DNA of 64,000 nt from an uncultured Gemmatimonadales bacterium (GTDB lineage: Bacteria; Gemmatimonadota; Gemmatimonadetes; Longimicrobiales; Gaopeijiaceae), in NCBI GenBank assembly GCA_963809895.1, contig CAWELD010000003.1, positions 768,001-832,000 of the forward strand, written 5' to 3'. Every line of letters begins with the position of its first letter. Position 1 is the stretch's first letter. Positions 1-8,595 of this stretch are shown piece by piece. A program made the position numbers and the translations under genes. The notes below the pieces were generated by a model that was given only the letters and a program-made list of their open reading frames with translations, searched no databases and was not told the DNA's origin.

Positions 1-204
1 CCGGAAGTCCGACAGGTGGACCGAATCACCTCGCGTGTCCGTCAGAGCCAGCCAGGGGGCGGGATAGGGTTGGGCCAGGAAGGGACCCTGACTCTCCGCC
101 CCACGCTCCGGTGGCGGGACCGCGGTGAGCCGGATGAAGACGAGGGCGCCCAGGATGCCGATGGTGGCGCCCAGCGCCACGTTGAGCCAGCGTCGGGGAG
201 TCAT
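1..204 (-). CDS. 5' part of a membrane-anchored SCO/TlpA-type redoxin (runs off the window edge)
   Basis: Translated by hand (not in the ORF track): MTPRRWLNVALGATIGILGALVFIRL...PYPAPWLALTDTRGDSVHLSDFR. This is an N-terminal TM helix followed by the 'AP-x-x-L-T-D-x-x-G-x-x-V-x-L-S-D-F-R' segment typical of SCO/AhpC-TSA/TlpA proteins. Confidence 0.65.
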   Translation of the reverse strand, partial: MTPRRWLNVALGATIGILGALVFIRLTAVPPPERGAESQGPFLAQPYPAPWLALTDTRGDSVHLSDFR

Positions 205-251
205 GATCTGAAGTTCTCCGGTGGCCGGTGGCACGCAACCCCGCGCCGCGC

Positions 252-277
252 GCAACCCTCCATGTCCTGGTCGTGTC
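252..277 (+). promoter_or_regulatory. candidate ECF-type autoregulatory promoter
   Basis: GCAACC (252-257)-N17-GTC (275-277), about 50 bp upstream of the ECF sigma gene; resembles the AAC/GTC ECF promoter consensus. Confidence 0.4.
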
Positions 278-326
278 CCACAGGACGGAAAGGGAGCCGC
301 GCAGGCGATCACGTTGGAGCCCTTGA

Positions 327-872
327 TTGGACGAACGACAACTGGTCGAGAAGGCCCGCGGCGGTGACGAAGCCGCCTTCCGGTGCCTGTACGACGCGAA
401 CGTGGACCGGATCTACCGGCTCGCCTACCGCATGTGCGGGGAGGACGACATGGCCCGGGACTTCACGCAGGAGGCCTTCTTTCGGGCCTACCGGCGCCTG
501 GACCAGTTCCGGGGTGACGCCGCGTTCTCGACGTGGCTCCACTCCATTGCGGTTTCGGTGACCCTGAACGGGCTCCGGAAGGTTGATCGCCATCGCAAGC
601 GTGAACGGACCCTCGAGGACGCGGCACCCCTGGCGGCCCGGCCACGCAGGCGGGCGGATCCCGACCTCAAGAAGCGCTTGTCGGCGGCGGTCGACGAGCT
701 TCCCGAGATCTATCGGACGGTATTCGTGATGCACGACGTGGAAGGCTACAACCACGCAGAGATCGCCTCGGCCCTGGACGTGGCCGAGGGAACGTCGAAG
801 GCGCGTCTCAGCCGTGCGCGTGCTCGGTTGCGGGACGCCCTCGAAGACTTCGCACCGGAGGTGGCGGGATGA
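327..872 (+). CDS. ECF RNA polymerase sigma-70 factor (sigma-24/RpoE family)
   Basis: Motifs GDEAAF..LY, DFTQEAF, FSTWL and region 4 VEGYNHAEIA..LDVAEGTSKARLSRAR; TTG start after GGAG. Confidence 0.93.
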   Translation: MDERQLVEKARGGDEAAFRCLYDANVDRIYRLAYRMCGEDDMARDFTQEAFFRAYRRLDQFRGDAAFSTWLHSIAVSVTLNGLRKVDRHRKRERTLEDAAPLAARPRRRADPDLKKRLSAAVDELPEIYRTVFVMHDVEGYNHAEIASALDVAEGTSKARLSRARARLRDALEDFAPEVAG

Positions 873-1570
873 GCGAGCTCGACGCGCGAGACGAGGCGCT
901 GGCCCGGCTGGCCCGGGAGGCGCACAACCCCCCGCCTCCCACCCCTCGCGAGGAGATGTGGGCGGCGTTGCAGGCGCGCATTCGCGCCGAAGCCGAAGGG
1001 GACGGCCCCGCCCGTGACGGCATACGGTCGTTGCAGGAAGCCCGCCGGCGTCGCGGCTGGAGCGGCATGCGCTGGGCGGGATTGGCGGTGGCCGCTTCCG
1101 CCACTCTCCTGCTGGGCGTGGGGATCGGCCGGATGACGGCGCCCACGCCGGCGGGCACCGACGTGCCGATGCTCGCCTCGACTTCGGCGTCCAACGACGG
1201 CGCGCCGTCGGCGGCCGCCCGGACCGTGGCCGCCCAGCACCTGGCCGCCACCGAGACGCTCCTGAGCTTCGTGCAGGCCGACGCCAGCGCGGGGCGGTTC
1301 GACGAGCAGGTGGGCTCCTGGGGCCGGGGCTTGTTGGTGGAGACCCGGCTCTTGTTGGACTCGGAGGTAGGTCGGGATCCCGCGCTGAGGGAGCTCCTGG
1401 AGGACATGGAGGTCATCCTGGCGCAGGTGGCGATTCTCGCCGATACGAAGGCCCCGGCACGTGGGCGTGAAGAGCTCAAGCTCATCGCCCGGGGCGTCCA
1501 GGAACAGCAGATGATGACCCGCATCCAGACGGCGCTGCCCGCCATGGACGCCGGTCTGTCCGGAACCTGA
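869..1570 (+). CDS. putative transmembrane anti-sigma factor
   Basis: ATGA overlap with the sigma gene; short cytoplasmic N-terminus, one TM helix (WAGLAVAASATLLLGVGIG) and a helical C-terminal domain. Confidence 0.65.
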   Translation: MSELDARDEALARLAREAHNPPPPTPREEMWAALQARIRAEAEGDGPARDGIRSLQEARRRRGWSGMRWAGLAVAASATLLLGVGIGRMTAPTPAGTDVPMLASTSASNDGAPSAAARTVAAQHLAATETLLSFVQADASAGRFDEQVGSWGRGLLVETRLLLDSEVGRDPALRELLEDMEVILAQVAILADTKAPARGREELKLIARGVQEQQMMTRIQTALPAMDAGLSGT

Positions 1571-1578
1571 GGAGGACG

Positions 1579-3189
1579 ATGATGCGTGAGACGAAGAAGA
1601 CCCGGTGGCCGGCGTTGGTTCTGGGCACCTGCGCCCTCGCCGGCATCCTGGCCTGCGTGCCCGGTGGTCTGGCGGCACAGGACCTGGGGCGCATGGAGCG
1701 CGAGCGGGCGCTGGAGGAGCTGCAGCGGGTCGTGGCCCGCACCTCGGATCTCTCCCGGGCCGTGGCCGCCGGCGCTTCGCTCCGGGCCCAGGAGATGGAA
1801 TTGCGTGCCCGCGAGATGGCCATGGCCGACCACGTCGGACACGTGCGGGCGGTGGCAGACCACATGCGTCGGGTGGAGGAAGCGCTCGCCCAGCAGGGGC
1901 TGGGATCGTCGGGGTCCGGGTTCCGCACCCGCGCTCCGGCGCCCTGGCTGAGCCAGGATCCGGCCGACTCCCTCTACCGGGCCGCGCGCGATGCGCTGAA
2001 CGCCCGTCGCTACGCCGAGGCGGTGCGCAATTTCGGGCAGCTCCGCGAGCGTTACCCACGCTCGGGCTACGTGGCCGACGCCTACTACTTCCAGGCCCTG
2101 GCCCTCTATCGGCAGGGTGGCAGCCGGGGATTGGAGCAGGCACGGGAACTCCTCGAGCAGCAGCTCAGGGATCATCCCGATGCGAGCACCAGTGAAGACG
2201 CGCGGGCCCTGGCCGTGCGCATCCAGAGCCGCCTGGCCCGGGAGGGCGACGCCGCCGCGGCCGCGTCCGTGGCCCGGTCGGCGTCGGCGGACTGTGAAGA
2301 CGAGGACCAGAGCGTCCGTGCCACGGCCCTGAGTGCTCTGCTGCAGATGGACTCCGAGCAGGCCATGCCCATCCTGCGCGAGGTCCTCAAGGACCGCGGA
2401 GAGTGCAGTGCGGCCCTGAGAAAGCAGGCCGTCTTCCTGATCTCGCAGAAGATGACGGACGACGACGTCGACATCCTGGTGGATCTGGCCGTGGGCAACC
2501 CGGACCCGGATCCGGAGGTCAGAGAGGCCGCGGTCTTCTGGCTCTCGCAGTCCAGTAGCGAGAAGGCGCTGGACGCCCTCCTGTCGATCCTCGAGTCCGG
2601 CACGGCCGACGCCACGGTCCAGAAGAAGGCCGTGTTCGCCATCGCGCAGCACAGCAGTCCGCGGGCCGCAGAGGCCCTGCGCACCTACGCTCGCAACGCC
2701 TCCGCGCCCACCGACCTGCGCTCCGATGCCATCTTCTGGCTGGGACAGCGGCGTGGCGCCGAGGGCGATTCCTTCCTCCGGGATCTGTACGGCTCGCTGC
2801 AGGATCCGGATCTCAAGGATCGGGTGCTGTTCTCCGTTGCCCAGAATCCGTCCGAGGCGAATCGGGGCTGGCTGCTGGCCCGGGCCCGGGACGCCAACGA
2901 GCCCATCCAGGTCCGCAAGAAGGCGCTCTTCTGGGCCGGTCAGGCGGGGCTGGGGCCCCAGGAGGCTCTGGAGATCTACCGGAGCGCGCAGGATACCGAG
3001 ATGAAGGAGCAGGCGCTCCTCGTCCTCACCCAGGTCAAGGACGATCGGGGGGCGGCGGTGGACGCGCTCATGGAGATCGCGCGCACCGAGCAGGACCCGG
3101 AGCTGAAGAAGCGCGCCGTGTTCTGGCTCGGCCAGAGCAAGGATCCCAGAGTGGCCGACTTCCTTCTCCAACTGATCCGGGGAGGCTGA
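1579..3189 (+). CDS. secreted TPR + HEAT-repeat protein
   Basis: Signal peptide ending ...GLAA-Q; BamD/YbgF-like TPR (LYRAARDALN..YAEA..YPRS.YVADAYYFQA); several HEAT units (VREAAVFWLSQ, VQKKAVFAIAQ, VRKKALFWAGQ, LKKRAVFWLGQ). Confidence 0.82.
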   Translation: MMRETKKTRWPALVLGTCALAGILACVPGGLAAQDLGRMERERALEELQRVVARTSDLSRAVAAGASLRAQEMELRAREMAMADHVGHVRAVADHMRRVEEALAQQGLGSSGSGFRTRAPAPWLSQDPADSLYRAARDALNARRYAEAVRNFGQLRERYPRSGYVADAYYFQALALYRQGGSRGLEQARELLEQQLRDHPDASTSEDARALAVRIQSRLAREGDAAAAASVARSASADCEDEDQSVRATALSALLQMDSEQAMPILREVLKDRGECSAALRKQAVFLISQKMTDDDVDILVDLAVGNPDPDPEVREAAVFWLSQSSSEKALDALLSILESGTADATVQKKAVFAIAQHSSPRAAEALRTYARNASAPTDLRSDAIFWLGQRRGAEGDSFLRDLYGSLQDPDLKDRVLFSVAQNPSEANRGWLLARARDANEPIQVRKKALFWAGQAGLGPQEALEIYRSAQDTEMKEQALLVLTQVKDDRGAAVDALMEIARTEQDPELKKRAVFWLGQSKDPRVADFLLQLIRGG

Positions 3190-3191
3190 AC

Positions 3192-3980
3192 ATGCGGCGG
3201 ACGGTGAGGCGAGGGATGGTACTGGTGGCGGCGGCCGCGTTGGGGATTCCCGGAGGCGTCGCGGGCCAGGATCTGGCACGGAGGATCCGAGACGCGACCG
3301 GGGAGCGCATCGCGTTCTCCTTCGCGGTGCGGGACGATGTCCAGGTGTGCGACCACGGGATCAGGAGCCGGGACGGCAACAGCCGCTGGAGCTGGTCTGG
3401 AGACCGTGACAACGTGTGCGACGACGGGCCCCTGCGGGTGGAGCTTCGCAGGGAAGGGGGCCGGATCACCGACCTGGATCTGGAGCGGGCCGGGGCCGGT
3501 CCGGCGTCAGGCACCGACCTGGGCGAGGTGGACCCTCGCGAGGCTGCGGATTTCCTCCTGGGTCTGGCGCGGAGCGATGCGGCCACCCGGGCGGCCCGCG
3601 ACGGCCTCATGGCCTCGACGCTGGCGAAGGACGTCGACGTGGCACCGGATCTTCTGGCGCTGGCCCGGGACCGTGACCTGGATGCGGACGTGCGCAAGAA
3701 CGCGCTCTTCTGGGTGGCCCAGGTGGCGTCCAGCCGGATCGGGCCGGAGCTGGCGGGAATCGCGGCGGCCGAGGCCGAGGACCAGGAGGTGCGCGATGCC
3801 GCGGTGTTCGCCCTGTCCCAGCGCGACAGCGACGAGTCGGTCCCGGCCCTCATGGATCTGGCCCGTAGCGCGCCCCACGCGAAGACCCGCAAGTCCGCGC
3901 TGTTCTGGCTCGCCCAGTCGGACGACCCGCGCGTGCCCGACTTCTTCGCGGAGCTCATCCTGGGGGATGCGGGCGGCTGA
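3192..3980 (+). CDS. secreted HEAT-repeat protein
   Basis: Signal peptide; N-terminal Cys pair; HEAT units VRKNALFWVAQ, VRDAAVFALSQ, TRKSALFWLAQ; C-terminus paralogous to the upstream gene (DPRV.DF). Confidence 0.8.
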   Translation: MRRTVRRGMVLVAAAALGIPGGVAGQDLARRIRDATGERIAFSFAVRDDVQVCDHGIRSRDGNSRWSWSGDRDNVCDDGPLRVELRREGGRITDLDLERAGAGPASGTDLGEVDPREAADFLLGLARSDAATRAARDGLMASTLAKDVDVAPDLLALARDRDLDADVRKNALFWVAQVASSRIGPELAGIAAAEAEDQEVRDAAVFALSQRDSDESVPALMDLARSAPHAKTRKSALFWLAQSDDPRVPDFFAELILGDAGG

Positions 3981-4135
3981 TCACGCCGCGCCCGACCTGT
4001 TGAACGGCGGCTCTCCGGTCCCAGCTCCGGGGAGCCGCCTTCGGCGTTTCGCAGGCTCCGAGCACGGTAGCGGCCCCTGGCCGGGACGTTTACAATGGTC
4101 CTTGTGACCACCTCCCTCCTCACCCGGCCCCTTCC

Positions 4136-5050
4136 ATGAGCGCCGTGGCCCCCCGTCCCACCGTCGTCCTCCTGGTCGACGGTGACCACCAGCGTGCCCG
4201 AGCCCTGGCCCGGGAGCTGGAGGAGGGGCTCGGCGACCGTGGTCCAGCGCTCCGGCTCGAGCACGCGTCGGAGCTCCAGACCGCCCTGGAGCGTCTCTCT
4301 CGGGGCGGGGTGGACGTGGTCCTCCTCGATATCTTGCTGCCCGACAGCCAGGGGTTGGTTACCTTTGAACAGGCGTACGCCTTCGCGCCGGACGTGCCGT
4401 TCGTCGTGTTCACGGACGTCGACGACGAGACGACCGCCGTGGCGGCCGTGCAGGCCGGTGCGCAGGACTACCTGGTTCGGTCGGAGATCGATGCCCGGGG
4501 TCTGCTACGCTCCATCCGCTATTCGATCGAGCGCCATCGGCTTCTCATGGCGCTCAAGAGCCTCTCTCTCATCGACGATCTGACGGGACTCTACAACCGT
4601 AGGGGGTTCATGGAGCTGGGAACGCAGTTCCTGAAGCTGTTGCGGAGATCCGGGCGGGGCGCCACGCTGCTCTACCTCGATCTGGACCGCTTCAAGCGCA
4701 TCAACGACGCTCACGGGCACCACGTGGGCGACCGCGCGCTCATTCACGTTGCCGAGATTCTGCGCGCCGCGTTCCGGCGCTCGGACCTGATCGCGCGCGT
4801 GGGTGGCGACGAATTCGCCGTGCTGGCGCCGGCGACTTCCAGCGAGCCGGCGGAGATGCTGGACCGCCGGGTCCGCGAGGGCCTGGCTTCATTCAACAAC
4901 TCGGCGGTCGACGCCTACCGACTCGATGCCAGCCTGGGATTGGCGCGCGCCGAGCCCGGTGAGAGATTCCGCCTCGAAGATGTCCTGGCCGCTGCGGATG
5001 CTGCCATGTACGAAGAGAAGCGAACCAAACGCAAGGTGGTGGCTCGGTGA
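4136..5050 (+). CDS. response-regulator diguanylate cyclase (REC-GGDEF)
   Basis: REC domain (VVLLDILLPD, GAQDYL); DDLTGLYNRRGF; DLDRFKRIND..GH..GD; RxxD I-site (RRSD); intact GGDEF. Confidence 0.93.
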   Translation: MSAVAPRPTVVLLVDGDHQRARALARELEEGLGDRGPALRLEHASELQTALERLSRGGVDVVLLDILLPDSQGLVTFEQAYAFAPDVPFVVFTDVDDETTAVAAVQAGAQDYLVRSEIDARGLLRSIRYSIERHRLLMALKSLSLIDDLTGLYNRRGFMELGTQFLKLLRRSGRGATLLYLDLDRFKRINDAHGHHVGDRALIHVAEILRAAFRRSDLIARVGGDEFAVLAPATSSEPAEMLDRRVREGLASFNNSAVDAYRLDASLGLARAEPGERFRLEDVLAAADAAMYEEKRTKRKVVAR

Positions 5051-7179
5051 CGCAGGACGTGACCCAGTCCGGAACGGAGCGGCGTCCGCGGGCGGTCCAC
5101 TGGTTGGTCCGCATCGTCGAGCGCGCCGGCATGGACGGTGGGGCCCGGATCGATCTCCGGCCGGGCACGCCCATCCTCGAGGCGTGGAAGACCGTCACGC
5201 GGGCCTATCAGGTCTCGGAGGCGGACCTCGCCGAGCTGGTGGCCAAGTACTATCGCCTCGAGGTGGCCGACCTGACAGCGGCGCAGACCGGGGCCGCCAA
5301 CCTCATCTCCGAGGCCATGGCCCGGAAGCACCACATCCTTCCGGTGCGGGAGGACGAGCGTCATCTGGTGGTGGCGACGTGCGATCCCACCGACGTGGAG
5401 ACCGAACGCGCCGTGGGTTTCTCCACCGGCAAGAGCGTGGTCTTCCAGGTCGCCTCGCCCTCGGCCATCGGCGATACCATCGACGGCATGTTCGCGCCGG
5501 GTCGCGCCGGCGCCGTGGAGGCCATCCTCGGCTCCCTGGACATGGATGTCGAGGATCTGGACCTGGTGCGTGCGGTAGAGGAGCGCGGGCCGGAGAGCGT
5601 CTCCGAGGACGATGCCGGGGCGACCCCGGTGATCCGTCTGACCAATCTCATCATCACCGAGGCGGTCAATCAGGGAGCCAGCGACATCCACATCGAGCCG
5701 GGGCGCTCCACGGGCACCGTGCGCTACCGGGTGGACGGCGTGCTCCGTAAGCACATGGATCTTCCGATGCCCGCCATGAACCGGGTGGTGTCGCGCATCA
5801 AGATCCTCTCCCGCCTCGACATCGCGGACCGGATTCGGCCCCAGGACGGGAAGGTGCGCGTCAAAGTACGCGACGCGTACTACGACCTCCGGGTGTCGAC
5901 CATCCCGGCGGCGGGCTCCGAGAAGTGCGTGATCCGTATTCTGGACTCCAACACGTCGGTCACGCTCGAGGACCTGGATCTGCCCGAGTTGGAGCTCCAG
6001 CGGATGCGGGAGCTCCTGACGCACCGGTCGGGCGTGGTGGTGGTCACCGGACCCACCGGATCCGGAAAGACCACGACCTTGTACGGAGCGCTACGGGAGA
6101 TCGCGGACGGGAAGGTCAACATCATGACCGTCGAGGATCCCGTGGAGTACGATCTGCCCTCCATCACCCAGACCCAGGTGGAGCCGAAGCAGGGCGTGAC
6201 CTTCGGGTCGGCGTTGCGGGCGATCCTGCGCCAGGACCCCGACGTCATCCTGGTGGGTGAGATCCGGGACAAGGAGACAGCCGAGGTGGCGGCGCAGGCG
6301 GCCATGACGGGCCACCTGGTTCTGGCCACCGTCCACGCCAACGACGCGGTCAGCGCCGTGGGCCGGTTGGCGGACATCGGGCTGGCGTTTCCCCTCATCG
6401 CGCAGACCCTGCGTGGCGCGTTCGCGCAGCGGCTTCTGCGCAAGGTCTGCACGGCGTGCGCCGAGCCCGTGCGGGGTGCTCTGACCCCCGACGAGCAGCG
6501 CCTCATGGACCGCCACGGCGCCGAGCCCATGGTGCGCGCCGTGGGGTGCGCGGAGTGTGGCTTCACCGGCTACCGGGGCCGGCTGCCCGTGGTCGAGGTC
6601 CTGCACGTCGGGCCTCGTTTTCAGACGGCCATCGAGCAGCACAAGGGGTGGGCGACACTCACCCGGGTGGCGATGGAGGCGGGCATGCGTCCCATGCACG
6701 ACGTCGCCCTGGAGTGGGTGCGACTGGGTCGCACCACGCTGGTCGAGGTCGAGCGCATCCTGGGGCAGGTGGTGGACGAGGAGCCCGAAGAGAAGGATTC
6801 CGGGCCGCCCCGAATCCTGGTCATGGAAGACGACGCCGATGCGCGACTCCTGCTCCGCACTGTCCTCACCAAGGAAGGCTACGACGTCGTCGACGCCAAG
6901 AACGGGCAGGAGGGCATGGAGATCCTGCGCGAGGATCCCGATTTCGCCTTGGTGATCCTCGACCTGGTCATGCCCGGCATGTCCGGTCGGGAAGTGCTGG
7001 CCGAGATCCGCTCCATGGTGGACACCATGGCCCTTCCCGTGCTGGTGCGTACCGGTGCGGGGTCGGAAGAGGACGAGGCCGAGCTCCTCGACGCCGGTGC
7101 CGACGAATACGTGACCAAGGCCACCGACCCCACGCGCTTCCTGGCCCGGGTCCGGGCCGTCCTGCGTCGCGCGGTGTAG
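5047..7179 (+). CDS. PilB/GspE-family secretion ATPase with C-terminal receiver domain
   Basis: ASDIHIEP, LDIADRIRPQDG, Walker A GPTGSGKT, TVEDPVEY, LRQDPDVILVGEIRD, TGHLVLATVH, tetracysteine CTAC/CAEC; C-terminal REC (ILVMEDD...VILDLVMPGMSG...GADEYVTK). Confidence 0.9.
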   Translation: MTQDVTQSGTERRPRAVHWLVRIVERAGMDGGARIDLRPGTPILEAWKTVTRAYQVSEADLAELVAKYYRLEVADLTAAQTGAANLISEAMARKHHILPVREDERHLVVATCDPTDVETERAVGFSTGKSVVFQVASPSAIGDTIDGMFAPGRAGAVEAILGSLDMDVEDLDLVRAVEERGPESVSEDDAGATPVIRLTNLIITEAVNQGASDIHIEPGRSTGTVRYRVDGVLRKHMDLPMPAMNRVVSRIKILSRLDIADRIRPQDGKVRVKVRDAYYDLRVSTIPAAGSEKCVIRILDSNTSVTLEDLDLPELELQRMRELLTHRSGVVVVTGPTGSGKTTTLYGALREIADGKVNIMTVEDPVEYDLPSITQTQVEPKQGVTFGSALRAILRQDPDVILVGEIRDKETAEVAAQAAMTGHLVLATVHANDAVSAVGRLADIGLAFPLIAQTLRGAFAQRLLRKVCTACAEPVRGALTPDEQRLMDRHGAEPMVRAVGCAECGFTGYRGRLPVVEVLHVGPRFQTAIEQHKGWATLTRVAMEAGMRPMHDVALEWVRLGRTTLVEVERILGQVVDEEPEEKDSGPPRILVMEDDADARLLLRTVLTKEGYDVVDAKNGQEGMEILREDPDFALVILDLVMPGMSGREVLAEIRSMVDTMALPVLVRTGAGSEEDEAELLDAGADEYVTKATDPTRFLARVRAVLRRAV

Positions 7180-7328
7180 GTACCCCCCGTCGTAAGCCAC
7201 GTCGGCGTAACAGCTCCGTAACGAACAGGGCTCATGTAACGCATGGGCCCTGTTGGTCGTTACACGCTCGACTAGTTTCTTCGCGGTTCGACAGGACGAA
7301 ACGCGGAGAACTCGTTACGGAGACGGTT

Positions 7329-8390
7329 ATGACTCGATGGGGCCTGGCCGCTGTGGCGGCCCTCACCATGTGTTCGGCGAAGCTGAGTGCCCAGGATCTC
7401 ACGGTCATGGGGCGCGCAGCGACCTTCACCTTCGGCGGGCGCCTGCACCTGCAGTACTCCTACAGCTCGCCCGACGGGGCCGAGCCGGCAGACGTCTTCG
7501 TTCGACGGGCTCGCTTCATCACCGAGATCAAGGTGAGCGACTTCCTGGATGCCCGGGTCCAGCCCGATTTCGCGGGAGGCAAGGTCGCGCTGCAGGACGC
7601 CTGGGTCCGCTTCACCGTGAGCCCGGCATTCCGACTGTCCGCGGGGCAGTTCCAGCGTGCGCACGAGATCTTCGAGCGCACGAGCTCCACCGAGCTGTCG
7701 GTCATCGAGCGCGACGGCCGGGTCTCCGGGGTCGACGACTGCGCGGGCACGGGCGGGGTGTGCAGCCTCGGCCGCCTCGTGCACAAGCTGGACTACGCCG
7801 GCCGTGACGTGGGCCTGCGGCTCGAGGGCAAGCTGGGAGGCCGTCTCAGCTACAACGCCACCCTGACGAACGGGACGGGGGTCAACGTGCCGGACGAGAA
7901 CGACGCCAAGTCCGCCTCGGCTCGCGTTACGTACGCCGTGGGCGACGGCGTCGCGCTGTCCGGATACTACGGGGTCCACGACTACGAGCGCACCCGGCCC
8001 GACGACTCCATCGAAACCGACTTCGGCCACGCCGGCGGCGTCGACCTGGAGGTGGGGGACTTCATGGAGGGCTTCCACTTCATGGCCGGCGTGGTCCAGG
8101 GCGACAACTGGAAGGCGGGACCGAGCGCCACCTTCCGTGCCGCCCAGGCCATAGCCACCTGGTACCGGCCCGTGGCGTCGTCGCGCTTCGCGGCCTGGGA
8201 GCCGGTGCTGCGGGTCGGGTGGGCCGATCCCGACACCGACGGCGTGGACGACGAGGCGCTCCTCGTCACACCCGGACTCATGGTCTACGTCCTGGGGCGC
8301 AATCGCGTGGGCGCCAATGTCGACGTCTACAGCCCGGCGGTGGGCGACACCTCCTGGTCCCTCAAGGTCCAGACGTACCTCTACTTCTGA
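7329..8390 (+). CDS. outer-membrane porin, OprO/OprP (phosphate-selective porin)-like
   Basis: Start reassigned to MTRWGLAAVAALTMCSAKLSA-Q (signal peptide); VRRARF, LQDAWV, AGQF, GRDVG, NGTG.N..DENDAK motifs; C-terminal aromatic YF. Confidence 0.75.
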   Translation: MTRWGLAAVAALTMCSAKLSAQDLTVMGRAATFTFGGRLHLQYSYSSPDGAEPADVFVRRARFITEIKVSDFLDARVQPDFAGGKVALQDAWVRFTVSPAFRLSAGQFQRAHEIFERTSSTELSVIERDGRVSGVDDCAGTGGVCSLGRLVHKLDYAGRDVGLRLEGKLGGRLSYNATLTNGTGVNVPDENDAKSASARVTYAVGDGVALSGYYGVHDYERTRPDDSIETDFGHAGGVDLEVGDFMEGFHFMAGVVQGDNWKAGPSATFRAAQAIATWYRPVASSRFAAWEPVLRVGWADPDTDGVDDEALLVTPGLMVYVLGRNRVGANVDVYSPAVGDTSWSLKVQTYLYF

Positions 8391-8453
8391 GCGGGATCGG
8401 ACATCGTCCAGGGGCCCCGGGTCGGCGCCGATCGCCCCGGGGCCCTTCCCGAA

Positions 8454-8482
8454 TTGACACCCCGGGGCCGCTGCCTCAGCTT
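8454..8482 (+). promoter_or_regulatory. sigma70-type promoter for secDF
   Basis: TTGACA-N17-CAGCTT. Confidence 0.5.
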
Positions 8483-8595
8483 AAGGGGCTGTTGTCACGG
8501 GGTCGCGCGGAGCGGCCCGCAAGGCGCCGCAGACGCGACTGCCGCGGGCGGTCGGTCCGGGCGCTTTTGCCATCCAAGGAGCACGTGTTCCGACC

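Noticed and set aside
808..3279. Long antisense or alternate-frame ORFs (e.g. 808-3279, 22828-24840, 32717-35188, 41400-43199, 49210-50970, 56047-58941)
   Set aside because: They are shadows of well-supported genes caused by high-GC codon bias and have no recognisable motifs.
5047..5200. MshEN c-di-GMP-binding motif in the PilB-like ATPase
   Set aside because: The sequence HWLVRIVERAGM lacks the RLGxxL consensus, so direct c-di-GMP binding is unsupported.
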